DNA from: Octopus vulgaris
Lineage: Eukaryota
Reading direction: 5' to 3'
Length of the DNA: 64,000 nt
Assembly: GCA_951406725.2 (NCBI GenBank)
Contig: OX597815.1
Coordinates: 68,386,001 to 68,450,000 of the forward strand
Shown: one piece after another, positions 1 to 13,296 of the stretch
Position numbering within the stretch: position 1 is the stretch's first letter
Layout of the letters: each line of letters starts with the position of its first letter
Translations under genes and position numbers: made by a program
Notes under the pieces: generated by a model
Databases searched by the model: none
Told to the model about the DNA's origin: nothing
The model's input: the letters and a program-made list of their open reading frames with translations, nothing else

Positions 1-1352
1 GCTCTTAATTCCTTTTGCTTGAAACATTGTTTTTGTTTGTTTTTATTAATTTGTGCAAGAAATAAGGTAGTAAGTTGGCAGTACATCAGACAAAATGCTT
101 AGCAGCATTTCTTCCTGCTCTTCACTTCCTGAGTTCAAATTCCAACAGTCAACTTTGCTTTTTATCCTTTCAAGATGAATTAAATAAGCACCAGTTGAGC
201 ACTAAGGTCAATGTAATCAACTTGCATGTCTTATGCCAAGATTAGAAAGATTTTTTTTTATAAGAAGTGGTGATCATGATCAGTACAGGCCACATTTGTA
301 GGATCAATGAAATTAATGTTTGGCCTAAATTTTTCTAAGTTGATGCCCACAGTGAAAACACTAAAAGGAATAGAATCCCAGAGGGTTGTTGCTAGGGAAG
401 ATATGCTAGGGAAGATATGCTGGCAGGAGACTTCTGATCTAAGACATTAGAGATGTGTTGTGTCCCTAGATATTAACTTAGGAAATTCTCACAGCAGATA
501 TAGTTGAAGGCTCACCTGATCTTAAGGCCAATGTTGCCTTTCCTAATGTTTTCAATCTGAGAAACCGCTGGTATATATATATATAATCTAAGAGAGTGTC
601 CTAAAATTGTGTAGCAGAAGGAACATTGTCAGAATCAGCTATCTTTGCATTTTGGTGGAACTGAGAATATTTCCACAGTAAATTGATGGAATGAAGAATG
701 TTTGGGAAGGGGTTCTATTGTGTGAAGTCTGCAATTGGAATCAAAAACATATTGATTTTTAAAGTGTAACTTTCAGAATTATCATAGGTGGTGGATGTTA
801 AATAGAAGTTTTGGGAAATTAGTATAAGTATCTAACTTGGAAGAGGAATAGAAAGTTTAGCTGTAATTTTGGAGGCAAAAGAGCTTTTGGTCTTTTGCTT
901 TCTTGACCATCATCATGTTCTAGGCTAAGTACTTTCTTTCTATTGCAACAAGTGAAACACTTGGGGTTTTTGGTTTGTGTTACAGTTGTAAGTCGTACAC
1001 CAAATATTGCACAGTCTTTCATTCTAACATCTCGCTTCCATATGTTTCCTACTAAATATTAATCTCAATTTTTTGCAAATTCTAACTGCTCTAATCTCAT
1101 TCTTATAATCTGTTCTCTCTACCACCTCATTCCACCAGTACTCAATATAATATTTAGTTGCATTGTATTCTTCATATATAACATAACATCTGTTTAAAAG
1201 TTGATCTCTTGAAAGCATACCAAGTGTATATATCTTAGTAACAAAGTCTTTTTTGTGTAAACAACTGTAGGTTCATCTGAAATCAGGAATTTGAGTTTAG
1301 CATTGGGTTTAAATTGTGTTATTAAACAATATATTATGGCTTATTCTTCCAG

Positions 1353-1439
1353 GACTTGAATCATCAGAATGCTAAAACGTCAAAATGCCACATCTGTCAT
1401 GATGGTAAGCTTCTAAATAAAGCAGAGAAACTTGCTGAG
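1353..1439 (+). CDS. Coiled-coil gene, exon 1 in window (87 nt): DLNHQNAKTSKCHICHDGKLLNKAEKLAE
   Basis: ttattcttccag| acceptor and GAG|gtaagc donor; open, phase 0/0; joins in frame to 5487. A competing donor (GATG|gtaagc) lies at 1404/1405. Confidence 0.65.
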
Positions 1440-2387
1440 GTAAGCTAGTGTTTTTCATTTTTCTCTTAAGTTATTAAATCTTACTTTACTCAGTGCAATT
1501 TGTAAATCTGCTCTACCTGTAAACCAGTATTAAACTGATCAGTACTACTTATTGAGCATATTTTTTAATGTTCTGTTTAAACTACGGTGGGTCAATACTT
1601 GCAAGAAACACATGAGCTAGGAGATTCCAGTGGAATGATGTACTGGAGAAGAATGATTGGAAACATTGGTTGATGCAGGAATTGATACACTAAGGGTGAT
1701 GAGAGATGGAGAGATGAGTGGGTGAGGAGTGCCTGAGTGGTGGTGGTACAACACCAGCTAGCTACAGGAAGTGGAGGCCATTAAAGCATGGGTTCCATTG
1801 GTCCTCTGACATCTTGAAATTTTTGCTGTAAATTACTGCTGATTATTAGAATTTTCTTTTATCTTACAACTCCACAAAACAAAACCCCTCAAAAAAAATT
1901 GGGATGCAGTATTAAGGGAGGTGGCTTTGTGTTAGGTGTTGAAAGACTACAGTATGATAGGACAAGAACGGGTATCTTGCTGTTGAGGAAATACATGGCT
2001 ACCCCAGCAGTAAAAGGAATAAGGATGGTGAAGATGAGGCATCAGAGCATACCCTCAAGGTACAAGAGAGAATGGGAACAGAGAATTGTGGATGGCTAGA
2101 TAGGTAGGTTCATGAGTGTGTGTGGAAAGGGAGTGATAGAATCATAAAGATAGGGATACAGGTGAACACAATTGCAAATCCAGGTCATACTACAGTTTTT
2201 TGTGATGTACGTTTTTTTTGTAAGTCACAAATCCTGTTTCTCTAATTGAACAAAAATAATCTCCACTATTCCTTCATGATTGTGTAGCAAAAAGGGTATG
2301 TAGTTGTAAAAATTCTTCTACAAATGGACTTCCCAACCATGCAAGCTTACAAAAGTGGATTGAGAACATTTCTCATTAGTGTTTTAA

Positions 2388-2602
2388 TGCTTTTGTTAAT
2401 GTATTTCTGTTGAAATAGACTGCCTTTGTTTTAATTAATTTTGAAAATAATAAATTTAGTAAAAATAACTTTGCCATATTAAACTGGTGTTTGAACAGAA
2501 ATTAATATGAAATTTTGGAGGAAGGTTTTAACTTGGAACACTTTAAAACAAGAACTTTGCATCATAGGATCCAAGGTAGTCTTGGCTAGAGTACTAAAAG
2601 GG
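2388..2602. mobile_element. piggyBac-like MITE family 2, degraded copy
   Basis: Interior aligns to 56385-56589 (tatttctgtt, ttaattt, ctggtgtttgaa, aaggttttaactt); ends aaaaggg|TTAA. Confidence 0.6.
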
Positions 2603-5486
2603 TTAAAATTTATCTTCCTGTTATAATATAATGTGAAACCAACATAATGTCTAGTTATATTTCAAATGAATACTGTACAGTTGTAAAATAAACTGGTGTT
2701 GATTTCACAATTGAGGTAACATTGGATAAGCTTTAGAGAAGATAATTCAGAGTAGAGGTTTTCTCCCAGCTAGACATCATGATTATCACTGAGCTTTTGG
2801 AGATGGGGGTTGGAAGTGTAACAAGATAGAATGTGCTGTTGTAAATATGGATAAGTAACACTCAGAAATCAATTTTGCATTTTTTTTTCTTTCATTTCTT
2901 TGTTGTTTTCCATTTTTCAACTCATAGATATACGTGGTTGTGAAAGTACTTTGTGCCATAATCATAAATCATAGATTCAAATGGTATTTATTGTCTAGTT
3001 TGGTAAACGAAGCCAAGTGCATTTTTTTCACTTTTCTTTTCCTTTTTTCCTTTTTAAATATCAACAGCAAAACTGCTTTCTGAAAAATATCTAAACCCCC
3101 ACACACACACACACACTATGATGTGAGATATTACTGCCATTATATAATGGATAATTGATTAACTGAATGAAAAATATCACTTTAATAAGATCAAAGATCG
3201 TAAAATCATTTTAGAGTGATTTTAAAAACTGTTTATACTGAGGAAAATATAAAGTATCTACTCGAGAAGTGTTTTTGAAATCTTATTTTCTAAATAGGTG
3301 ATAATGACAAAAGAGTTGCATTTATTGGACAGGAAAACCTCATAAGTTTAAGTGCCATTAAGGAAGTATTAAAATATTTGATTCTACATTTTCATTTGAG
3401 TGTCTAAGTTTTCAGGAACTAAGAACTGTTGGCAAACACAATCAGTTTAAAGAAAATTTATATCAATAAAGATATAATAATTTTTTTTAATTATGAGTTG
3501 ATAATTAATTATAAGTAGTGTATTGGCAGAATGCCAATATTTTGCAATGGTTCTTTATGTACTATGTTCAAATGCTGCCAATGTCAACTTTATCTTTCAT
3601 TCTCTTCTGGGATTGATTTTAATACTCCTATAATACACCAACCCATTCCAGTATGGAGAAAGGAGCTTTAAATAATAATGATGATAAAGCATCCTAGATG
3701 TAAATGGAATTTCAATTTTACAGAAATCATCTGATACTACCTGCCTTTGCTGGGACAGCTGCTGTTACACATAACCCTATTCTGGTGTGCCTGTAGTGCT
3801 TTGTTTGGCCATAAAAAAAACAACCAACTTAGACCATAAGCTGGATATCTTTTCAATCTGATCTGCTAGAAACAGCAACCGAACTTCCCTCCAGTCACAC
3901 CCTATTCTCTTAAGAAAGGAAGAATCCAATGGATACTGTAGTCCTATTGCAAAACCAGGTATCTGAGAAAACTGTAGATGGCCTTTGTTGACAAAAATTA
4001 GTCTATAAGAGAGTTTGGTAAGTTGACATCTGTAAGGAGTGGAGAATCTAATGATTCAAGCATTCTCCCTTTGTCTGAGAATGAAAATTATCATCATTGT
4101 TTTACTGTCCACATTTCTATGTTCGTATGGGTCAGACAGATTTTTCTGTGGCCAGATGCCCTTCCTGTCACTGACTCTCCCTTCTTTGCAAGTAAAGTAA
4201 TATTTCTCTCTAGCTGGACATATTTCCACTGAAGATTAGGACCAAAGGAAGCTGCTTCTATGATGGTGATGTTGATTTACAGTTATCACAAAACTTCAAT
4301 ACAAGAACGGGCACACACAGACACACACACATGACAGGCTTCTTTCAATTTCTGCATACCAATCCACTCACATGACTTTTGTTGGCCTGGGACTGTAGAC
4401 ATTTACCTAAAGGTATCCAAGTGTTGAAACCTTTATTTGAACAAACTCCATCTAATGCAATCAGGAAAACTGGATGGTAGATGATGATGATGAGGAAAGG
4501 TAAAAATGGCTGTGATGGGATTTGAACTCAGAAAGCAAGATACTACAATAAAAAACTGAATTGTTTGACTATGCCCTGTCTGCTACATGTATTATGTAAT
4601 CAATATCTGTTCAGATATAAGATTAACTGTAATTTGCACCTTGTGTAATGATGAACTAATTAATAGTCAACACTTCCTGTTGTAAAAAATGCAGCACTTG
4701 ATAAAAGAAAGATTAAGATTATGAAACCTAATTACATTATATGCATGTGCGTGCACTCTTTATCTCACTTTGATACAGATGATATCTTGATGATATTTCT
4801 AGCATAGTCATCTTTAAAAGTACAAAATGGGTTAAATTAAGAGCCTTCTTTGTAATTGCATTGTTGGATGTTAAGTAGAGCATCAGTTATAAAAACACCT
4901 GCTTTTCTGATAATTTGTAGAATTAATCATATTTGTTGGGGTGGGGGAATATTATCTAAACCATGTTTATGAGGGATGCATAAAATTTAAAGAAGAAAAA
5001 AATAATACAGAAATGTAAAATTCATATAGGAAAATATTTTAGAAACACAATAAATAATGCATGTAACAAAAATTTACTAGAATCGCCTACATAGAGCAGT
5101 GTATTTGTACTGGCAGTAATCTTCTGATGTCTCATTTGAGTTATGAAGGATTACATCAAATACATTTCTCACAAACATGTTTGTTGTCTTAAACTCTCAC
5201 AAAATACCTGCCTGTTTCTCTCTCTCTCTCTCTCTCTCTCAAAAACCAAATGCTATTTTATGAAACCAATGTCATGTCACAAGCAAAGGATATGAAATTT
5301 GATCAGATCATAATAAAGGTAGTTGTGATTTAGAAAGAGAAAAGGTTTGGAGGGGAAGGTACTAATGCAAACAGAAAGTTTTAAATCAAACCAGGATTAG
5401 CAACTTATGATGGTGGTGAGGGCTACTTGTGAGATCAGTGGTGTCTTCTCAATAAATCTTTATTATTATTTTTTTTTTCATTATAG

Positions 5487-5561
5487 GACATGAGCAAGAA
5501 ATATGAAGATGAGAATAAACTGAGGATACATTTGGAGAAAAAGCTTGATGAACAGCTGAAA
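5487..5561 (+). CDS. Coiled-coil gene exon 2 (75 nt): DMSKKYEDENKLRIHLEKKLDEQLK
   Basis: Poly-T tract with ttatag| acceptor, AAA|gtaagc donor, open E/K/L-rich frame, phase 0/0. Confidence 0.85.
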
Positions 5562-7014
5562 GTAAGCTGCAAATGTTATTGATTTATTTTTATATACATT
5601 GGAAATGTATATAAAACCTGAACTGGCAAGCTGCACTAGGTTCCAATCTGATTTGGCTTGGTTTCTACAGCTGGATGCCTTTCCTAATGCCAACCACTTT
5701 ACAGTGTGTGCTAGGTGCTTTTAACATGGCACTGGCACATTTATGTGGCACCAACACGAGTGTTTTTTTACATGTCACTGGCACAGGACTCTTGCAGGCC
5801 AATCCTCTTCACCAGGGAAATGTCTATCAATTCTGCTGTGGAGGATGGGCCTTCTTGAGTCAACTGGGACTTCAGCTTTTGCCTAATGGCTTGAACTGAT
5901 TCAATAACTTTCTAGTACTTAGAATACCAATACAGACAAGCTCACCCTTCCATTAAAGATAATATCAATGTTTAAACCTATGGTTTATGTGGTTGAAAAT
6001 TTTTGCATCATGAATTCACACCCACCATACTTCTATAGCCTTAGCATCTCCTTTTGATTGTTAGTATTTTTTTTTTAAAGAAATATTAATCAAAAGAGGA
6101 CAGCAGCTATTTTTAAACATCACTTTGTTGTTGTTTTCTCAGCAGCAGGCTGTTGAATGATATTTGCATTTGCTGAAAGCAAATCTCACTACCTTAGCTC
6201 TGATGTTTTGTCATTAGGCTATGTATATAACTATAAAAATATCATGTTCAAAGAACACAAAACAAAACCAAAAAGCGTATATACATATATGTATACAGCA
6301 TTTATGTGAAAAACTGTTGGAATATTTAAGTGGCTCCAAACATTTCAGATCACTCTGCTTATACGAAACTGTTAAACTAGCAGTGAACCACAAAAAAAAG
6401 TAGAGAAGAGCACTTTTAAGTTTAGTAATGGTAGGAAATTAGAAGATAACTTTGCATCTGAATTTACTGAAAGTTGTTTCCCAAGCCTTCTATGAAAGTA
6501 AAAATGACTATATTAATTTCTTTTAATATTGGGTATAGAAATTTATATAGCAGCTATTCATATATTTTATGTCACAAAGAATTTAATGCCACACTTTTTT
6601 GTTTTTTTACTTTTTTATATGTGTGTTGAGTGTGTTGTTTTATCAATAGCATAAAAACTGCTTACTGCTAACAAAGCAACTTGGTTGTGTTTTCAAACAA
6701 GAAAGCAAATTGACAGTAAATTTTGATTGAGAATGTACAGTAAAAATTATCTTCTATTGAAGGACAATCTCTACAATGTTTTGTTTTTTGGTTTATTTTT
6801 ATTTTGAAAAAAAAAAGGGGGCTATACAATTGTAAAAACCTTCATTTTTACTATTGGGAAGAGCATTTAGTCACTGTAATTGCCATCCTACTAAAAACCA
6901 TGTTGATTTAACCTGTGCAGCTATGCTTGTGCAGCGTGTGTGTATATATGTATGTTTGTGTGAATGAGATGTATGCAAATTATTCCTTTGGCTCAACTAT
7001 TTTTGTGTTTCTAG

Positions 7015-7119
7015 AAGCAGATGGCTAGTGACAAATGGTTATCTGATTCAACTGAGTCACTGAAGGATGAATTGGCTGAGAACCAGAAAACTATTGCACA
7101 CCAGGATAAATTAATAAAG
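7015..7119 (+). CDS. Coiled-coil gene exon 3 (105 nt): KQMASDKWLSDSTESLKDELAENQKTIAHQDKLIK
   Basis: ttttgtgtttctag| acceptor (tandem TAG-AAG-CAG), AAG|gtatat donor; overlaps ORF 7021..7209; phase 0/0. Confidence 0.85.
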
Positions 7120-7569
7120 GTATATTTTCATTGTGCTATTCCTTCTATATATTTATTATATTTATATGTAGGAATTCAACACTTGACCAGTCTAATGGTC
7201 AGTTGTTAAATTTCTTCCACATTAGTTTCATGAGTCTCATCATCCAATTTTTATAGTAGCATGAGTTGGGTAGTTCAACAGGAGATGGTGAGTCAGAGGA
7301 CTGCATCAAACTCTAATGTCTGCTTTGCCATGGTTTCTATGACAGGATGTTCTTCTTAATGCCAACCATTTTACAGAGTGTACTGGGTGCTTTTTAGTTC
7401 ATGTTGGCATTAGTGTGGTCTCTAAGTGACTGGCAAGACAAGACCCTACATATATATATCTGATATTTAGAGAAAACTCTTACCATTCTAAATTCTCTTT
7501 CTCATCTTATCAAATATTGCTATACAATATGCAAGCTTCCTCTAAGATCATCCTTTTCTGGTTTTCCTC

Positions 7570-7960
7570 TCATCATCATCATCATTTTAACATCCACTTT
7601 TCTTTCCTTGCAATTTGTTAAAGGAGATAAGTTTTCTACAGCTATACATCCTTCTTGTCACCAACCCTCACCTATTTGTAGGCAAGATAATATATCCCCC
7701 TTGATCAGATATATTTTTCATAGAAGACTAGAGCTGAACATCACCTGTATGACAAAGACCATCCTTTTCTGGATGTCACACACACACACACACACACACA
7801 TATGATTAACTTCTTCCAGTTACCATCTTTCAAATCCACTCATAAGGTTTTGACCAGTTTGACTTTATAGTAGAAGATACTTGCCCTGAGTACACACTGA
7901 GGGATTGAACCTGAGATAACATGGTCTGGAAACCAGCTTCTTATCCACATAGCCACACCT
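7570..7960 (-). mobile_element. SINE type B, reverse orientation (other reverse copies near 4085-4415, 22003-22355, 43700-44140, 52065-52318, 60115-60480)
   Basis: catcatcatcattttaacatccacttt tail, internal (CA)n, reverse head ending ccacatagccac. Confidence 0.75.
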
Positions 7961-8184
7961 ATTCCTATGTGGCACTCAGAAATGTTATTGTTCCTAATTA
8001 GGCAACAATAAAGCTTCTAACCTAGTTTCATTGTTATCCACATTATTTTTATCATCCTTCATTACAACATAAATGGTCTTGTTTTACTATTGTTCCTTTC
8101 CAATTGTCAAAGCATAATAAAAAATAAATGTAATTGTGCTGTCAAATTTCAAGTTAGATTTATTAGAATTAATATTAGTCAGAA

Positions 8185-8550
8185 AGGTGCAGGTGTAGCT
8201 GTGTGGTAAGAAGCTTGCTTCCCAACCACATGGTTCTGGGTTCAGTTCCACTGTATGACACTTCGAGCAAGTGTCTTCTACTATAGCCTAGGACCAACCT
8301 AAGCCATGTGAGTAGATTTGATAGACAGAAACTGAAAGAAGCCATTTGTGTTTGTCCCCCCCCCCCCATCACCATTTGACAACCAGTGTTGATGTGTTTA
8401 CATCCCCGTAACTTAGCAATTCAGCAAAAGAGACCAATATAATAAGTACTAGGCTGAAACAATAAGTTCTGGGGTCGATTTGTTTGACTAAAATCCTTCA
8501 AGATGGTGCTCCAGCATGACCACAGTCAAATGACTGAAATAAATAAAATA
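8185..8550 (+). mobile_element. SINE, tail type A, older copy
   Basis: Same head, core and tail as 47143-47540; a further partial copy follows at about 8640-8870. Confidence 0.85.
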
Positions 8551-9716
8551 ATAAATGAATATTTAACCTTTTAAGACTAATCCAATAGTGATCTGAGGAT
8601 CACAGGTTCAAATCCCTCTGCAGACATATGTACTCTTATAGGCGTAGGCATAGCTATGTGGATAAGAAGCTTGATTTGTAATTCTATAGTTTCACATTCA
8701 GTTCCACTGTGTGGCATCTTGGGCAAGTATCTTTTACTATTGCTACAGGTTGACCAATCCTTCATGGTTGAATTTGGTAGACAGAAACTCTGTGGAAGCT
8801 TAGTGTGTGTAATATATATATATGTGTGTGTCTGTGTTTGTCCACCACCACCACCATTTGACAACTGGAAAATGTGGTCTTTCTATTATCCTCTGAGTTT
8901 GCATGTGTATATGTGTGTGTGTGTACTACACACACACACACACATAATGTGGGACAACATGAGGTCCCCCCCACTCGACCCACCTTATTATCCACATCAC
9001 TCTCTTTTTCTCTTTCTCATTATCTCCTCCTACTTCAGTATCCCTTACCCTTGCTCCTGTCTCTTCCATTATTCTCCTCCCCCCATCACCATCAACACTG
9101 TCTTTTGTGTTACTGTTCACTACCACTCCCTCACAATATATCTGTTCCTCCCATTATACTTCTATCAGCACCTCACATAAAACAGCCACTCTATCTTATA
9201 TTCCCCTTCTCATTCTTACAAGGATGAAACTTATACAATATGCCAAACATGGACAGAGCATAGCTAGAACACATGGAATAGTAACTTTCTACTGATGTGG
9301 ATGTTAAAACTTCTGTTAAAAACCAGCTAGGAGCTACCCAACAGATAACTATGAAGTAAAACTCAGTTTCAGTTAATTGATCAACCCTCTAGATATAATG
9401 TGTGGATTATAGTTAGGGTTAGAATAAATCTGGCCTAGTTGACTTTGATGGTTGTTGGGAGGATCTGCCTGTGACATTACCATTACAGATTGAACTTCTT
9501 TGTAGAAGCCATTTCTGATTGTGTAAATGTAGTTTACTAGAATAAAACACTATTATATACTTGCATCAAGATCTGAATCTCTGGGTGAATTTTCTGGCCT
9601 GAACTTGTCATCAAATAATTGTTATTGCTCTTTTCTCAAACTGCTTGGGAATGACTTTGGAAAATCTGAATGGAGAATGGAAATACACTAACTATTCTTT
9701 TCCTTTTACATTTTAG

Positions 9717-9791
9717 GAATTATTAGAAAAAGCTGATAATCAAGAAATGACTTGGAAGAGAATTTCTGAAGATCTGGAATTAAAAATAAAG
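9717..9791 (+). CDS. Coiled-coil gene exon 4 (75 nt): ELLEKADNQEMTWKRISEDLELKIK
   Basis: ttccttttacattttag| acceptor, AAG|gtctgt donor; ends in the repeat's KIK motif. Confidence 0.88.
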
Positions 9792-10497
9792 GTCTGTATT
9801 TTCACTGGTTTAATAAATCATGCTTATGATAATCATCTGTATTGGATAAGCTTTTACATGCATTCATGGGCTTATGTAAATCTACAAACCAGCTCTTGAT
9901 TTATCTTTATGCTTACATCTTTATAGCTTCTTAAGATCTACAGTAATTACCTTACTCTAGGAAGATTTTTCCTAGAATGTTACTGAAATAGCAGTAAAGT
10001 GTTGGCTAACATAATTTTTATCCTCAGAATTCCAGCATCCGTTCTCATCATATATCCACTTCAACACTCTCCATCATCATCATCATCTCTCTTTCTCTCT
10101 CTCTCTCGCTGTGATCTGTGTGGTGTGCAACAAAAGGTGTTAACAATAGATTGAGACTACAAGAAAATACAGGCTTTCTTTGATAGAAGCACGAGTATCA
10201 AAATTGAAAGCCTTGTAAGTGGATTTAGAGGAAGGAAACTGAAAGAAGCTTGTTTGTGTGCATGCCTCCTTGTCCTGACATCACATAATAGTTATAAGAG
10301 TGTCACTGTCATACAAGCAGTGTCATTCAGTTCCAATATTCTCTGAAAACATGTCTAGCCATGGGGAAATATTACCTTTCTTGGAAACTGGTGAGTGTTG
10401 GTGACAAGAATGGTTTCCAGCTATTGACAGTCTATATTAATAAATTCCTTCCAATTTATGCAAACATGGAAATGTGGACATTAAAAGTGATGATGAT

Positions 10498-10895
10498 ATA
10501 TGGCTGTGTACTGAGAAACTTGCTTCCCAACCACATGATACAGGGTTCAGTCCCACTGCATGGTACCTTGTGCAAGTGTCTTGTACTATAGCCCTAGACC
10601 AACCAAAACTTTGTGATTGGATTTAGTAGATGGAAACTGAAAGAAGCCTGTTGTGTGTGTGTTTGTCTCTCCTTGCCTTGGCATCACACAATAGTTGTTA
10701 ATGAGTATGACAATCAAACAAGTAGCTTCATTCATTTCCAATATTCTGCAAGAACATCTGTGGCCAAGCAGGAAATAGTACCTTGCTTGGAAACATGAGG
10801 TTTGGTGTCAAGGAAGACATCCAACATCTGCCTCTGTTATACATTATCCAACCCATTCGAGCATGGAAAAGTGGACATCAAAATGATGATGCTGA
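10498..10895 (+). mobile_element. SINE with the same tRNA/CORE head but RTE-type tail (type B); other + copies near 10210-10497, 11588-11880, 26490-26775, 44718-45115, 60627-61015
   Basis: Head tggctgtgt...gggttcagtcccactgcatggtaccttg; tail gcatggaaaagtggacatcaaaatgatgatg matches the RTE 3' end. Confidence 0.8.
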
Positions 10896-11267
10896 TAACA
10901 TATAATCAATGATGCCTTGTTAGTTTCCATCTACCAAATTCACTCACAAGGCTTTGGTTGGCCTGGAGCTATAGCAGAAGATACTTGCTCAAGGTGACAC
11001 ACACGGAAATTGGACCCAAAGCTATGTTTGGGAAGTGAACTTCTTAGCTTCACAGCCACTCCTGTGCCAGTGTACATCACATCAGCTGTGTGATTTGAGG
11101 AAGCTTTGGCTGTTAATTCTAGAGACCCTAGTGGCTTTCTCATTTGAGACAAGATACAAACTGTCATCTCTTTTGTCAGTTAATTAATGACTTGCTGGTT
11201 TTTTGGTTGGGGGAAGGGTTTAAAAGTTGTATTTGTTTCTTATAATGTTTGCATTTGGTTTTGGTAG

Positions 11268-11393
11268 GTTTTGGAAGATGAATCAAATAAACTGAAAACT
11301 AAAGAAAAATCTAATGCTGAACTGAAGTTAAGCTTACTCCAACAGGTGAATACCTACCAAGAAGAAGTGAAGCAGCTGCGTAACCAGTTGCAG
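11268..11393 (+). CDS. Coiled-coil gene exon 5 (126 nt): VLEDESNKLKTKEKSNAELKLSLLQQVNTYQEEVKQLRNQLQ
   Basis: ttggttttggtag| acceptor, CAG|gtaatg donor; open heptad-rich frame; internal in-frame donor CAG|gtgaat at 11345/11346. Confidence 0.85.
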
Positions 11394-13296
11394 GTAATGC
11401 AATGTAATATTTCTATCTTCTGCTGGTTTCCTGACTTTTTTATGGTTTGAACATACAGAGAGGAAAGAAGAGTTTTGTTCAATTTAACTACATCTCTCCA
11501 CTTCTCTTTCATTACACACACAAAAGCAAACAAAGAAACAAACATGTATCTAAATACATATGCACATATCTCTACCTATCTATTGTTAGCACCTTGAGAA
11601 AGTGTCTTCTATGATAGCTCTGAGCCAACCAAAGCTTTGTTAGTGGATTTGGTAGACAGAAACTGAAAGAAATTTATTGTGTGTTTGTATGTATATGCTT
11701 GTGTCACATCACCGTCATGCAAGCAGTGACATTCTGTGAAAAAACTTGCCTAACCATAGGGAAATATCACTTTGTTTGGTGAGGCCTGGTAACAGGGAAG
11801 GCATCCACTCGCAAATCTGCCTCAATAAACTCTATCTGACCCATGCAAGCATGGAAAAGTGCACATTAAAATGTTGATGATTGGTAAAGTTATTCTCACA
11901 CATTCTTCACTTTTATGGCAATGGAGCAAAATACGAAAAAACTTTAGCTAAAAAATATATTTATTGAAGCTAAGACTTCATTATAGAAGTGAAATTGAGG
12001 GGAACAATAGCTAGTCTGCTTTAAGATGTATAAGCGTATGTAAAGAGACGTAATTAAGTCACCCCCTACACACATGTATGTAATATGTAGGAAAAGATTC
12101 CCTCTGATCTATGACTGTATGTATGAAGTGCTTTTGCCCTTAGTGAATATATTGGGTAATATAATCATTGGAAAAATTGCAGTTATTTATGCTTGACTGC
12201 AGCATCTGTTTGTGCAGCGGTGGCGACAGCAGCTGAGATACAAGATTACATTTACATAGAATAACGAGGCTCTTGTGATTCATACAGACATAAGAAAAAT
12301 TAGTTTCTCCACTTACAAGTCCTATAAGATTCCTACCACACTTGTAAATATACCTTCTCACTGTACAGGAAATATATATTGCTGTGAAATGCTTTGGCAG
12401 AGTTATCAGAGCATTGGACAAGAATGCCTAACTGTATTTATTCTGAACCTTTGTGTTCTGAGTTCAAATCCTACCCTGGACAACTTTGCTTTTCATGCTT
12501 TCAGGGTTGATTAAAAAAAAATGACACTAATCCAGGGCAGGAGATTGTTGAAACTCTAAGAATATCAAACCTGATACCTTTGGTATTTGATCAGGCCCTA
12601 TGTATTCTGAGTTCAAATCTCACCATAATCTTTGTGCTCTGTATACTTAATCCCTCATCCTGTTTAGCACAACCCCATGCCATCTTGAGTGTCTTTAGTT
12701 GAATCAACTCTGTTCTGCTGCAAGAATTTAGGCCAGGTCCTTTATTTGATGTTTTGCTCCCTCCTTCCCACCAGCCTTGAAGGCCTTGTAAAATGCCATG
12801 AGCATTACCTTCCTACTTCTCTAAAAGATTTTTCTTTAAAAAATTAGATTAAAAAATGTAGTTTTAGGATTTGAAAAATAATTCCAAGTATGTGTGTATG
12901 TAAATGACTTTATAGCTGAGAAAGTATTGAAGTTGGTCTTGAAACATAGACTGAAGACTGAAACTAAATGTATTTTTATTTTGTTTTCAATGGTAACATA
13001 ATTATATTTAAGCAGCAATTGCTTGTGAGGAGATATGGGAACAGCACTCAGACTTGCCTACATAGACATAACACACTTCTTTGCTATATAGTCTCATTTA
13101 TGGAATTGAATTTAAGCACCATTAAAATTTACAAATATAATGTCCTACAGGAGATATATATGTATGTAATGAAGTTAAAACTTCATTATAAGTCAAATTT
13201 GAGAGGTTGAAATAGTCAAACTGCTTTTAAGACATGTGAGTTATATAAAATGAGTTGATGTGTTATGAGGTAGACATAAGTTTTCCCATTATATAT

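Noticed and set aside
8577-9295. Cluster of overlapping ORFs up to 174 aa
   Set aside because: They run through a SINE fragment, (TG)/(CA) microsatellites and a pyrimidine-rich tract; the peptides are low complexity (VCVCV, HTHTH).
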